A stretch of 64,000 nucleotides of DNA from a virus (lineage: Duplodnaviria; Caudoviricetes), in the IMG/VR virus record IMGVR_UViG_3300037312_000330, positions 96,001-160,000 of that record; one strand, 5' to 3'. Both the position numbers and the translations under genes were made by a program. Below, one piece after another: positions 44,732-53,408 of this stretch; position 1 is the stretch's first letter, and each line of letters opens with the position of its first letter. Under the pieces are notes generated by a model. The model was given only the letters and a program-made list of their open reading frames with translations, made no database searches and had not been told where the DNA came from.

Positions 44732-44753
44732 GTGCCAGCCTAGTTGCTGGCAC
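44732..44753 (+). terminator. hairpin between nrdA and nrdB
   Basis: GTGCCAGC / GCTGGCAC. Confidence 0.5.
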
Positions 44754-44794
44754 TGCCCCAATATTTACCCTAGAGGTCCAGATGAATCCAATTC

Positions 44795-45886
44795 ATGCAA
44801 GACTTTGATTCGCAAGGATCAGATGTGCAGGCACGCATGTCTCCGGTTGAAATGGACTTTGAACTACCAGCGGTGAAGAAGCAGACGGTTGCTGATATCG
44901 TTAATGCACGTCGAATCATCGACGGACCGTCTGACAAGTTGCGCGCAGTGAGCGCTGTCAAGTATTCGTGGGCGCGTCCTATGTGGCGCACCATGATCGG
45001 GAACAAGTGGGAGGCCGATCAGGTGGCTGTCCTGCGCGACAAGGCTGAGTTCAAGTCCCTTACCAAACGGCAACAGAACGCGTTCCGCAGAGCTCTGGCT
45101 TTCCTGTCCAACCTGGACAGCATCCAGTGCGAGAATCTGATGATGAATGTGACACCATTCATCACTGATCCAAACATACAACAGTTGCTGGCCCGACAGC
45201 AGCTAGAAGAGTGGATCCACGTAGAAACGTACAGCACGATCATCGAATCGATCTTCGAAGATCCTCTGGAAATCTACGATATGTACCGGCAGAATCCGCT
45301 ACTTAGTGGGAAGAACGACTTCATTACCCGCAAGGGTGCAGAAGTGTCGTTGGAGCCGACACCACAGAACAAGGTGAAGGCGATTGTTTCCAACATGGCC
45401 CTAGAAGGTGTTTACTTCTTCAACGGCTTCAGTACATTCTTCGCCATAAATCGCGCGTCTGGTAAGATGAACGGTTCGGTAGATGGAATCAAGTACATCC
45501 AACGCGACGAGAAGACCCACCTGCTGATCTTCGCCAACATCTTCAACTCACTGCGCACTGAACGCCCTGAGCTCTTCACAAAGGAGTTGCTCGACGAGTG
45601 TGTGCAGATACTCCGAGAGGCTGCTGAACGCGAGGGTGTGTGGGGCAAGTACGTGATCGACGGTGGCATCCCAGAGCTTAACGACTCGATCATGACGGAG
45701 TACCCGAAATTCCGCGCAGAAGAGTGCGCCAAGCTGATCAATCTCAGCGTGTTTCCAAAGATCAAGAATCCAATCCCGTGGATAGACGACTACGACGGGA
45801 TGACAAAGGCAAACTTCTTCGAGTCGAAACCAACCTCGTACTCGGAGGCAAAGCCTAAATTCAGCCGCCGAACAACGGCCAAATAA
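44795..45886 (+). CDS. nrdB: ribonucleoside-diphosphate reductase beta subunit
   Basis: LDSIQ, EEWIHVETY (radical Tyr), LEGVYF, RDEKTH diiron ligands. Confidence 0.95.
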   Translation: MQDFDSQGSDVQARMSPVEMDFELPAVKKQTVADIVNARRIIDGPSDKLRAVSAVKYSWARPMWRTMIGNKWEADQVAVLRDKAEFKSLTKRQQNAFRRALAFLSNLDSIQCENLMMNVTPFITDPNIQQLLARQQLEEWIHVETYSTIIESIFEDPLEIYDMYRQNPLLSGKNDFITRKGAEVSLEPTPQNKVKAIVSNMALEGVYFFNGFSTFFAINRASGKMNGSVDGIKYIQRDEKTHLLIFANIFNSLRTERPELFTKELLDECVQILREAAEREGVWGKYVIDGGIPELNDSIMTEYPKFRAEECAKLINLSVFPKIKNPIPWIDDYDGMTKANFFESKPTSYSEAKPKFSRRTTAK

Positions 45887-45893
45887 ACATCTA

Positions 45894-45916
45894 GCCTCCC
45901 GTGCAAATCGGGAGGC
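45894..45916 (+). terminator. hairpin terminator
   Basis: GCCTCCCG / CGGGAGGC. Confidence 0.6.
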
Positions 45917-45926
45917 AATCTGAAAC

Positions 45927-46322
45927 ATGAAACTGTCCGAAGTCACATCACTTTACTCACAGTCACCGAACGAGGTCTGGTCCATTCTCCTCAAGAATGG
46001 AATGGAACTTGTTACTCAACTACGCGTCGAGCAAGTTCTGCAAGCAGAGGTCGTATCCGGGAAAGTTCCCGAAGGACCGAGGAATAGCGCGACTGTCTAC
46101 TTGTCCAAGCCATTCATTGTGCGTGCTGTCACTATTCCAATGCAGCAAGGGCAGAACATCCACATCCAGACAACTGCTCAATGTATGCCTCTGGTAATGA
46201 AAATGCAACAGCCGGAGTTGCCAATCGATCCAGAAGACATTTGGGTAATGACTACTGCAAGTAAAGCATCTAGCGACGAGTATCTCCAGCAAACATCAGG
46301 CATCCTAATCGGGAAGCATTAA
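45927..46322 (+). CDS. conserved phage protein, possibly Sm-like fold
   Basis: LLKNGMELV...L.KP...YLQQTSGI pattern recalled from T4-like phage hypotheticals. Confidence 0.55.
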   Translation: MKLSEVTSLYSQSPNEVWSILLKNGMELVTQLRVEQVLQAEVVSGKVPEGPRNSATVYLSKPFIVRAVTIPMQQGQNIHIQTTAQCMPLVMKMQQPELPIDPEDIWVMTTASKASSDEYLQQTSGILIGKH

Positions 46323-46323
46323 C

Positions 46324-47100
46324 ATGCAAGAATTCGAAATCGCAGGAACTAAGTTCGAATTGGTGTTGGATGATGGTGTTTTCAACGCCAACCCGTCTTC
46401 GCTTCTCACGTTGCCTACTGCACTCATCTGCGGAATGAGCAGCGCCAGCTACCAATTCCCAGAAGAGAAGCAAGCGTTACTTGACGCCCTTTCACCGTTC
46501 CAAATCGTTTCCAAGTATTGGAGCACGATGGCCATCAACGAATTGGTGCTTCTAGATCCTAATGTCGAGACCATTGTGTTTGTTGGTTCCTGGTACGGTC
46601 AACAGTCGGCAATGTCATCACGCTTCGTGCGAGACTATCGTGATCACAGAATCTATCTTGTTGACAAGGATCCAGTGGCTAGTCGTATCGCACAGTATTT
46701 GATCAAACACGACAGTTATCATCGACGATGCGAACCAGTTGTGTGGATGAAAGACATCTACGATCTTAGTTCTGAATTCCCTCCGGACACGTTGTTCGTG
46801 TGGAACGGTTTGGAGCACTTTGACAACAACGACGTCGAAAAGTTTCTGGAACAAAACACAGAATCAACATTTCTGTTCCAGTCTACTTCGATGGAAGCCA
46901 AGGATCACGCCAACTTGGCGAGGGACATAGAAGATCTCCTAGCACCTCTGCCTGCTGGATGGGACGCAGGAGTGGTGTATCGTGGAGAACTCCAGTGTGA
47001 GTTGGGGTCCAGGTACATGCTCGCAGTGCGCGGTCCTGGTTGCGACGAACTGGAAGTCGAATCCGATGAGAACGACGGTCTCGATGGTCCAAACAGATGA
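46324..47100 (+). CDS. class I SAM-dependent methyltransferase-like protein
   Basis: IVFVGSWYG motif I, LVDKDP, NGLEH, FQS, DHAN motifs. Confidence 0.7.
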   Translation: MQEFEIAGTKFELVLDDGVFNANPSSLLTLPTALICGMSSASYQFPEEKQALLDALSPFQIVSKYWSTMAINELVLLDPNVETIVFVGSWYGQQSAMSSRFVRDYRDHRIYLVDKDPVASRIAQYLIKHDSYHRRCEPVVWMKDIYDLSSEFPPDTLFVWNGLEHFDNNDVEKFLEQNTESTFLFQSTSMEAKDHANLARDIEDLLAPLPAGWDAGVVYRGELQCELGSRYMLAVRGPGCDELEVESDENDGLDGPNR

Positions 47101-47150
47101 GGACAGTAATTTGATGTGCGGCCACAAAGCGCCGTTCAACAAGGTGAGAA

Positions 47151-47408
47151 ATGTCCGAAAACAATCATCTACCGTTCATCAGGAACGAAATGCTCCAAAA
47201 GCTTCAGGACAATGGCACAGTGTCTGCCGTTTTTCTGAAGAACGGGATCCGTCTTATCGGGAAGATCATCAGATTCGACTCTGAAGACATTCACATAACT
47301 AGTCCGTCAGATCAACTAGGGATGTCAGTGTCGCGAGACGCGATTGCCACAATCGGAGCCTATCATCAAACTGCAAACAAGGAGACCTCTGGGATGAACA
47401 AACGCTGA
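47151..47408 (+). CDS. hfq: divergent Hfq-like Sm protein
   Basis: VFLKNGIRLIGKIIRFD (Sm1) and VSRDAIATI (Sm2). Confidence 0.8.
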   Translation: MSENNHLPFIRNEMLQKLQDNGTVSAVFLKNGIRLIGKIIRFDSEDIHITSPSDQLGMSVSRDAIATIGAYHQTANKETSGMNKR

Positions 47409-47449
47409 CGGACTGAACTCAATCACATCTCCCGCCAGTGAGCTCCAGA

Positions 47450-47585
47450 TGCCTCGCCAGTAGGCACAAAGCTGCCTATTTTTTAAGCAATCAGGGGCTT
47501 GCCAAGGCAAACGGCATATGGTACAATAATGGTACGGTTGGGCTGAACCCGCGTACCGTAGGCACAGCCATTGCCGTAACAACCT
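47450..47585 (+). promoter_or_regulatory. promoter module 3: two 17-bp palindromes plus sigma70 promoter TTGCCA-17-TACAAT
   Basis: TGCCTC-N5-TAGGCA 47450-66; TGCCTA-N5-TAAGCA 47473-89; -35 47499-504; -10 47522-27; GGTACG/CGTACC leader hairpin. Confidence 0.75.
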
Positions 47586-47634
47586 ATCCACAATGTGTCT
47601 AACCCCCAATCAATAGGAAGAAGGACTTTCAAAC

Positions 47635-48183
47635 ATGAAAGCGACTGCGAATATCTCCAAGCTCCTGAAGGAACTCGTTGGTGCCGTCAAGGCCTCGGCC
47701 AAGGAAGCGAAGCAAGCGAGCAAGCGCGCCGAAAAGGCTGAAGCACGTCTGGAGAAACTGACCTCCGACAAGCCTGCGAAGGCCAAGAAGGAAAAGGCCG
47801 GAAAGAAGTCCAAGAAGGACAAGGCTGCCAAGAAGGCCGAGAAGGCCGCAGCCAAGAAAGGTAAGAAGGACAAGAAGGCTGCGAAGAAGGAGAAGCAGAA
47901 CAAGAAGGCTGGCAAGAAGGCGGCTGACGAAGACGAAGAGGAAACGGCAGCCCCGGCCAAGAAGTCCAAGAAAGCCAAGAAGGAGAAGTCTGGCAAGAAG
48001 GACAAGAAGGCTGCGAAGAAGGCAGGCAAGAAGTCCAAGAAGGAAGGCAAGAAGAGCAAGGACGAAGGTTCCGGCTCCGAAAAGCCCGCTGGAAAGAAAG
48101 CCGCCGCCAAGAATGGCAAAGGTGGCAAGAAGGACGCCAAGGAAGGTAAGAAGGCTGAGAAGTCTTCGTGGCTGGACGCCTAA
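47635..48183 (+). CDS. histone H1-like Lys/Ala-rich protein
   Basis: 66 of 182 residues Lys (my count); N-terminal amphipathic helix; KKA/KKS/KKD repeats. Confidence 0.75.
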   Translation: MKATANISKLLKELVGAVKASAKEAKQASKRAEKAEARLEKLTSDKPAKAKKEKAGKKSKKDKAAKKAEKAAAKKGKKDKKAAKKEKQNKKAGKKAADEDEEETAAPAKKSKKAKKEKSGKKDKKAAKKAGKKSKKEGKKSKDEGSGSEKPAGKKAAAKNGKGGKKDAKEGKKAEKSSWLDA

Positions 48184-48201
48184 CTTCTAAGGTTGAAGCA
48201 G

Positions 48202-48235
48202 TTCACCCCGGTAGGAGCAGTTCTGCCGGGGTGAA
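48202..48235 (+). terminator. hairpin terminator
   Basis: TTCACCCCGG / CCGGGGTGAA. Confidence 0.7.
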
Positions 48236-48252
48236 GTCGTTTATCAATAGGG

Positions 48253-49275
48253 GTGATCAGTTTGAAACAGGTCTACAACCCGAAGCACTACGACAACTTG
48301 TTGGATCACATCAGAGCATGTGCCAGTAAGACCCAGAGGCAGGCTGTAGCCTACCTCGAAGGTAACGTCGTCGAGTACCTGAACAAGAAGATTGAGAAAG
48401 CATCAGGTGCGGAAAAGAAGTTCTTCGAGAAAACGCACAACTTGGTAACATCGTACCGCGACGGACTGCAGAACGGAGACATCGAAGTCCGAGAACTACG
48501 TGCGCTCCGTTCCGACATGGTGAAGACCAAAGCGGAGTATGAACAGAAGCTTGTGCAAGCTGCCGCGCAAGCAGAAGCGAAGCGTCGCAAGGAAGCTGAA
48601 CGAGCTGGGGTCAAGGTAGAAGTGGCCGCCCCGACTGGAAAGAAGGACGACAACTTCACAGCGCCAGATTGGTTCGACGAGTGGGTCAAGAATGGTGAAG
48701 AAGAGGGCTTCGATCACGGTGAAGACGCTGCGCGAGTGATGCGCAAGTACGCGAAGTTCCGAAAGGAGCTACCGAAACGAACGAACAAGCCTTACGTCTC
48801 AGTGCGGGTTCCGGTAGTGGCTGTTCCGAAAGCTGGCAGCATACCGAACGAAGCCAAGTTGGCACGTAGTGGTCTGTGCGAAGACACACTCTTTGGATAT
48901 CCAGTGATCAAGAATCAGGTCTTGATCGGTCTTAGCAACGAATGGCTGATGGAGAACTACAGCCAGAAGGTCAAGAACTCACAATCCTTGATGAAGGATC
49001 CAGAGAAGGACAAGGACTTCAAGCTCGATTACGCGAAGGCTCTTGACAAGATCCTCGAGGATATCAAGATCAAAACTGGACGCAGATTCTTGTTCTTGGG
49101 AAGTGTCCACGCGTTCCACAGTGTAGATTTGCATTGGGCATGGGCCATCAGTGAGATGGACATGAAACGCCTAGAGGGCACTCTGTCAGGACTGACTACC
49201 TTCTCTATCCAAGATTGGACCCTGCCGTTCCCGGACACCATCCAGAAACTGCGTCCACGCTCAGTGCGGAGATAA
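48253..49275 (+). CDS. hypothetical protein
   Basis: 340-aa ORF, GTG start. Confidence 0.8.
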   Translation: MISLKQVYNPKHYDNLLDHIRACASKTQRQAVAYLEGNVVEYLNKKIEKASGAEKKFFEKTHNLVTSYRDGLQNGDIEVRELRALRSDMVKTKAEYEQKLVQAAAQAEAKRRKEAERAGVKVEVAAPTGKKDDNFTAPDWFDEWVKNGEEEGFDHGEDAARVMRKYAKFRKELPKRTNKPYVSVRVPVVAVPKAGSIPNEAKLARSGLCEDTLFGYPVIKNQVLIGLSNEWLMENYSQKVKNSQSLMKDPEKDKDFKLDYAKALDKILEDIKIKTGRRFLFLGSVHAFHSVDLHWAWAISEMDMKRLEGTLSGLTTFSIQDWTLPFPDTIQKLRPRSVRR

Positions 49276-49277
49276 GT

Positions 49278-49691
49278 ATGTATCAATACTTCGCAGTGCC
49301 AACGCAAGATTCGTTGGAACGTTTGAAAGAAATCTTCAGCAGCAGTCCAGTTCCGATCGACTTCGATAAGATCGTAGTTAGGCTTGGATCTTCACAGCAG
49401 CAATCGACAACTCGTCGTGCGTACAGAGCCCAGATAACTTGGTTCGGTCACCACTACAACCAGGAGTTGGAGTACACCGAATTGGTCGGTATGCTGGACA
49501 GTCCTGAGATGACGGAACGCCATGGCGAACTTGATGGTTCGTATGACGGAGACTTCGAACCCATGGTGATCTTCCAATCACCGGCGACGCCGTTGGCGCA
49601 AACGAACAAGTTCTTTCTCAACTCTGTGGCGAACACTTTGGTTTCCAGAGAGGATCCATTCACTTTTGTAGAACGTGTCCTGTCCTCTTGA
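49278..49691 (+). CDS. hypothetical protein, possible degenerate 2H (Acb1/57B-like) fold
   Basis: LDSPEMTERH..L.GSYD..FEP resembles T4 57B region; no HxT motifs. Confidence 0.4.
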   Translation: MYQYFAVPTQDSLERLKEIFSSSPVPIDFDKIVVRLGSSQQQSTTRRAYRAQITWFGHHYNQELEYTELVGMLDSPEMTERHGELDGSYDGDFEPMVIFQSPATPLAQTNKFFLNSVANTLVSREDPFTFVERVLSS

Positions 49692-49702
49692 GGAGGGGTC
49701 CA

Positions 49703-50158
49703 ATGGCGGACAAGGACATACCAATAACTAGACACATCAAACGGGAGTGCTGCTGGGTGTGTAGACGACCATTCGGTCACCAACTTTTGCATGAGGATCA
49801 TCACGTGATCCCCTGTGCATATGGTGGAGTGGATGGACCACAAGTCCGAATCTGCTCAGATCACCACACAGGTCTGCACACCATCGCGCTCCGTCTTTAT
49901 AGTGGCAAACCTTACTTCGAGCTCTTATCACCAGACGATACATACTCAAATGAACGCCTACTCTATCTGGCATCAGTAGCGTACAATGCCAGACTCGCGG
50001 TCGAAAACGACCCGAACAAGAAGCGCGTGCTTGTCCTGTCGCTAAAAGGAGACACATGGGACAAGCTAACGCAGCTTAAGACCGTGTACGGAAAGATGGG
50101 TCGGGAACGTCTCGTCGAAGTCGCCGTACAGCAACTCTTCAACAAACATTTTCGGTGA
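49703..50158 (+). CDS. HNH endonuclease-domain protein
   Basis: CWVC..EDHHVIP..GG..ICSDHHTGLH; SD GAGGAGG. Confidence 0.8.
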   Translation: MADKDIPITRHIKRECCWVCRRPFGHQLLHEDHHVIPCAYGGVDGPQVRICSDHHTGLHTIALRLYSGKPYFELLSPDDTYSNERLLYLASVAYNARLAVENDPNKKRVLVLSLKGDTWDKLTQLKTVYGKMGRERLVEVAVQQLFNKHFR

Positions 50159-50186
50159 AAACCAATACCACCGCCGAGGGCAGTAA

Positions 50187-50906
50187 ATGCTTAAGAAGAA
50201 TAAGGTCATCCCGATTGCGAAGGCGTCAATCGGCTTGAAGTGTGGAGATTGTCTGCACTTCAAACGCAATGCGAAGTTTGAGAAGAAATGCTCAGAACTT
50301 GGGGTCAAGCACTTCGCGGTTGCACCAGCTTGTTATAGTCCGGACCCCTACATTCTGTCGGCGCAAGCGCCAGACACGTTGTATCGGTTAGGTCTACTGC
50401 TCACCAACTTCAGTGCCAAGGAAGCTCGCGTCTTCATGGCTATCTTGAAGCAGAGTGGTTCACTCGAGAAGCACTACAAGCTGAAGTTTGGCCAGCCTGT
50501 TTTCTTCAGGATCGGAAACGATTACCTGTCCAACTACTTCCGAGGTTTCGTCCTTGGCATCGCCGAAGAAGGTGACGCTCAGGTTTACGTAACTTCGGAC
50601 ATGGAGAAGAAGCAACGAAAACAACCAGTGATCGCAACTCTGCTGCGCGATTCCGTGTTCACGGTATCGGAGTTCAAGAAAAAGAAGCAGCAACTACTGG
50701 ACGACAACAGGAAGCAGGATCCCAATCCTCTGTTCGCTATTCAGAAGATCAAAACCAAGATGGACGAGCTCTATGTTCCTCAGTCATTAGACTCCGCACC
50801 TCCGGAGTGGTTCGACAAGGTGGAAAAGAAACGCCCGAAGTTTAAGAACCGGATCAAGGAAGAGGCTGACGGCACTCTTTCCTTCAAGATCAAACGGGCT
50901 GCCTGA
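50187..50906 (+). CDS. hypothetical protein, N-terminal CGDC..C..C
   Basis: 239-aa ORF. Confidence 0.8.
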   Translation: MLKKNKVIPIAKASIGLKCGDCLHFKRNAKFEKKCSELGVKHFAVAPACYSPDPYILSAQAPDTLYRLGLLLTNFSAKEARVFMAILKQSGSLEKHYKLKFGQPVFFRIGNDYLSNYFRGFVLGIAEEGDAQVYVTSDMEKKQRKQPVIATLLRDSVFTVSEFKKKKQQLLDDNRKQDPNPLFAIQKIKTKMDELYVPQSLDSAPPEWFDKVEKKRPKFKNRIKEEADGTLSFKIKRAA

Positions 50907-50939
50907 CACACACCAAGAACCAGACTGAGGAGCGAGCTG

Positions 50940-52061
50940 ATGAGCATTAACACACTGTCTTCCCTGTACGCGTTCTTCGACCCCGACTTCACTTTGCTGC
51001 CCAAGCCTGCGAAGATCGAGATCCTGTCGAGTACGCTTCTCTACGTGTTCCGGCTGTGCCCAGCCAAGGAACTAACGCAGACGATCCAAACGCATCTTGG
51101 CTGGACAGGCCAGGAAGGGATCGACTTCCGGAAGCAGTTGGCGTCTAGCGGTGACGTCAACAAGTGTATGAAGTTCTACATCTACGAAAAGGTGGTGAAT
51201 GGTGGTCAAGTCGACCACAAAAAATACAACGTAAGTGAGGCAGACGCAGACTTCATCAAGAAACTTCTGAAGCTGAAGAACGCGAATGTGCTGTACCTGA
51301 TCAAAGGGCTGCTCACGTATGGAAAGGAGGCTCCGCCTCGATGCATGGAGGAGTTCAACTCTGGCATCGTGCGGGTGTATCCAGAACTGGAGTTGTCCAC
51401 AGACAAGTACATCAGCAAGAAGTTCCGTTGGCTGGAAACAGCTGGTCAGAACGAGCGCGAGAACCTCCGCGCTGACATGATGATGTTTGCGATGTACGCA
51501 ATCTATCGCGCGTATCCTCACATCACTAACTTGCGTCACATGCGCAACATTGGTATCCGTGCGATCCACAATCGAGGCGTTAACATCCTCAAGGAGCAGA
51601 GCACACAGAAACGTAAACGCATGGTTCAGAACGAAGATGGTACCTTCAGTGGTGTGGTCCTGTCGATCGACCATCGCGGCTTCAATGCCGTGCAGACAGT
51701 CGACTATGGGACAGGCGGCAGCATCAGCGTATGCAACCACATGATGAGCGGCCTGGACGGCAAGTCCGTCGAGTACGAACGTCCAACAGATGTGGATAGG
51801 AAGCGTGACCTCAAGAGGACGGTCGAGCAACTTACGGTTCGCGTCAAGGGTGTCCAACCCAAGACGTTCATGTCGCTTCTCATGGGAGAGCACAACGTGG
51901 AGTTCTCGAAGTTTCTTGGTCAACCGAATGATGAGGCCGTAGACACCATGCCACGTGAAGAGTATGCTGAGCGTGTCAGGGAGTTCCTCAAAGTACCGGA
52001 GGAAAAGGCGCGGGCGTTTGTCAAGGCGCTTCGCAAGGAGTTGGCAGAATTCCGAAACTAA
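50940..52061 (+). CDS. possible divergent sigma70-like factor
   Basis: RENLRADMMMFAMYAIYRAY...AIHNRGVNIL resembles region 2; C-terminal ERVREFLKVPEEKARAFVKALRKEL resembles region 4 HTH. Confidence 0.45.
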   Translation: MSINTLSSLYAFFDPDFTLLPKPAKIEILSSTLLYVFRLCPAKELTQTIQTHLGWTGQEGIDFRKQLASSGDVNKCMKFYIYEKVVNGGQVDHKKYNVSEADADFIKKLLKLKNANVLYLIKGLLTYGKEAPPRCMEEFNSGIVRVYPELELSTDKYISKKFRWLETAGQNERENLRADMMMFAMYAIYRAYPHITNLRHMRNIGIRAIHNRGVNILKEQSTQKRKRMVQNEDGTFSGVVLSIDHRGFNAVQTVDYGTGGSISVCNHMMSGLDGKSVEYERPTDVDRKRDLKRTVEQLTVRVKGVQPKTFMSLLMGEHNVEFSKFLGQPNDEAVDTMPREEYAERVREFLKVPEEKARAFVKALRKELAEFRN

Positions 52062-52091
52062 AAACGAACTCCAAGACAACCAGAGGCTACC

Positions 52092-52280
52092 ATGCGTAGG
52101 ACCAAGTGTGACACGTGCGGAGGGTCAGGCGCTGTCGACAATGACAGCGACGAGGACCCGACACCGATGCAAGTGCAATCGACTCGACGTAGTCAGTGCC
52201 CGGATTGCCTAGGTACTGGACACGACCTGTCGCATTTCGCTGACGAGGAACGCCCTCGTCGTGTGAGAGGAGAACTATAG
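52092..52280 (+). CDS. DnaJ-type zinc-finger protein
   Basis: CDTCGGSG and CPDCLGTG. Confidence 0.7.
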   Translation: MRRTKCDTCGGSGAVDNDSDEDPTPMQVQSTRRSQCPDCLGTGHDLSHFADEERPRRVRGEL

Positions 52281-52361
52281 TGGATGAACTGCAACGGAGC
52301 ATGGCTGCTCGTAGATCAGAAGCCCGATGGGGATTCCAGCCACTTTCTTGGAGAGACATAG

Positions 52362-52586
52362 ATGAAGATGTATCCGTATCAGCAGCGCGCGGCACGCTGG
52401 CTGATGGAACAACAGGATGTGTACTACACACTCCCTGTGGTGAACCCATCGGTGATTCACACCCCTCGCGAAATAGCAGTCGGTCCCCCGACTGCCGCGA
52501 TGGGAAAGGCCACCAATGGGAATCTTCAGATTCAACCGCGCCGAACGGCGCAGACAGACAGCACGGCTGAAAGCCAAGCGTCGTAA
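52362..52586 (+). CDS. hypothetical protein
   Basis: SD GGAG; alternative frame 52280..52570 also open. Confidence 0.4.
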   Translation: MKMYPYQQRAARWLMEQQDVYYTLPVVNPSVIHTPREIAVGPPTAAMGKATNGNLQIQPRRTAQTDSTAESQAS

Positions 52587-52821
52587 CTATTGGGGATACG
52601 GCTCTACCCGTTGGGTGGATGGTCCGATGGAACCCAAGCAACTTGGTAGTGTCGTCCAGAACCCGCAGAATTGCTCGTGCATGGGATGTGGTAACGCGCG
52701 TCGCTACTTTGGCCGTCCTCTGTCAGAAGTGTGTGAACTTGTGGCTTTGGATGAACAACTGCGAGAGATCGCAGGACAAACAGAGATCGGAGTACCTCAT
52801 AGTCCGAAGATCGATTGGTAA
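52516..52821 (+). CDS. conserved phage protein (CSCxxCGNxRR)
   Basis: Motif recalled from phage hypotheticals; start uncertain. Confidence 0.6.
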   Translation: MGIFRFNRAERRRQTARLKAKRRNYWGYGSTRWVDGPMEPKQLGSVVQNPQNCSCMGCGNARRYFGRPLSEVCELVALDEQLREIAGQTEIGVPHSPKIDW

Positions 52822-52875
52822 TACGGAGGTGACCATGTCAGTGCTTATTCATTAGTAACTGACAGGAGGTCACAC

Positions 52876-53046
52876 ATGATCCGAGAGAAGGGCTATTACA
52901 AGCGGTTCGTCAAGGTCGGGCCAGGAGGCATCAACTGCGGTTGCTGCTTCCCGCAGACCAATCCCGCTCGTAAGAGTCTCCTGCGCGCTCTCAAGCCGCA
53001 GGAACGACGCCACGTTCAGCGCCTCATCAAGGAGGAGCTGGAATGA
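52876..53046 (+). CDS. 56-aa protein (GPGG..CGCCFP)
   Basis: SD AGGAGGT. Confidence 0.65.
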   Translation: MIREKGYYKRFVKVGPGGINCGCCFPQTNPARKSLLRALKPQERRHVQRLIKEELE

Positions 53047-53372
53047 GCCGAACTTATCGCCGCATGCGCGGCAACCAATGGTGGCACAACAACATTGTCA
53101 AGCGTTGGACGGACGATCCGGAGTACGGTGGCCGACGCCGCACCCCTAAGGTCGAGAATTTCGAACTGACGATGGAGAAGGAGCTCGCCCGTTATCACAG
53201 CGACGCTGGATGGGCGATGAACAACCCGAGTTGGTGGGTTCTCCAAGAGATGACAGTGCCACAAAGACAAGAAGTGCGGCGACTGATTCACAAAGTGTTC
53301 CGTCTGCCGATGGAAGACGTAGCGGAACTGATGTTCCCGCTGGCGAAGAAGCCGCACGAGTACTATTGGTGA
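53043..53372 (+). CDS. conserved phage protein (MSRTYRR family)
   Basis: ATGA overlap, SD GGAG. Confidence 0.75.
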   Translation: MSRTYRRMRGNQWWHNNIVKRWTDDPEYGGRRRTPKVENFELTMEKELARYHSDAGWAMNNPSWWVLQEMTVPQRQEVRRLIHKVFRLPMEDVAELMFPLAKKPHEYYW

Positions 53373-53378
53373 TCATTT

Positions 53379-53400
53379 GGGAGGGCCTTCGGGCCCTTCC
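53379..53400 (+). terminator. UUCG-loop terminator
   Basis: GGGAGGGCC-TTCG-GGCCCTTCC. Confidence 0.7.
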
Positions 53401-53408
53401 CTCTTACA

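Noticed and set aside
42379-45886. Inteins or introns in nrdA/nrdB
   Set aside because: Lengths (774 and 363 aa) are ordinary and motifs are contiguous
52362-52430. SNF2/helicase Q-motif-like start (MYPYQQRAARWL)
   Set aside because: No Walker A or other helicase motifs follow in any frame
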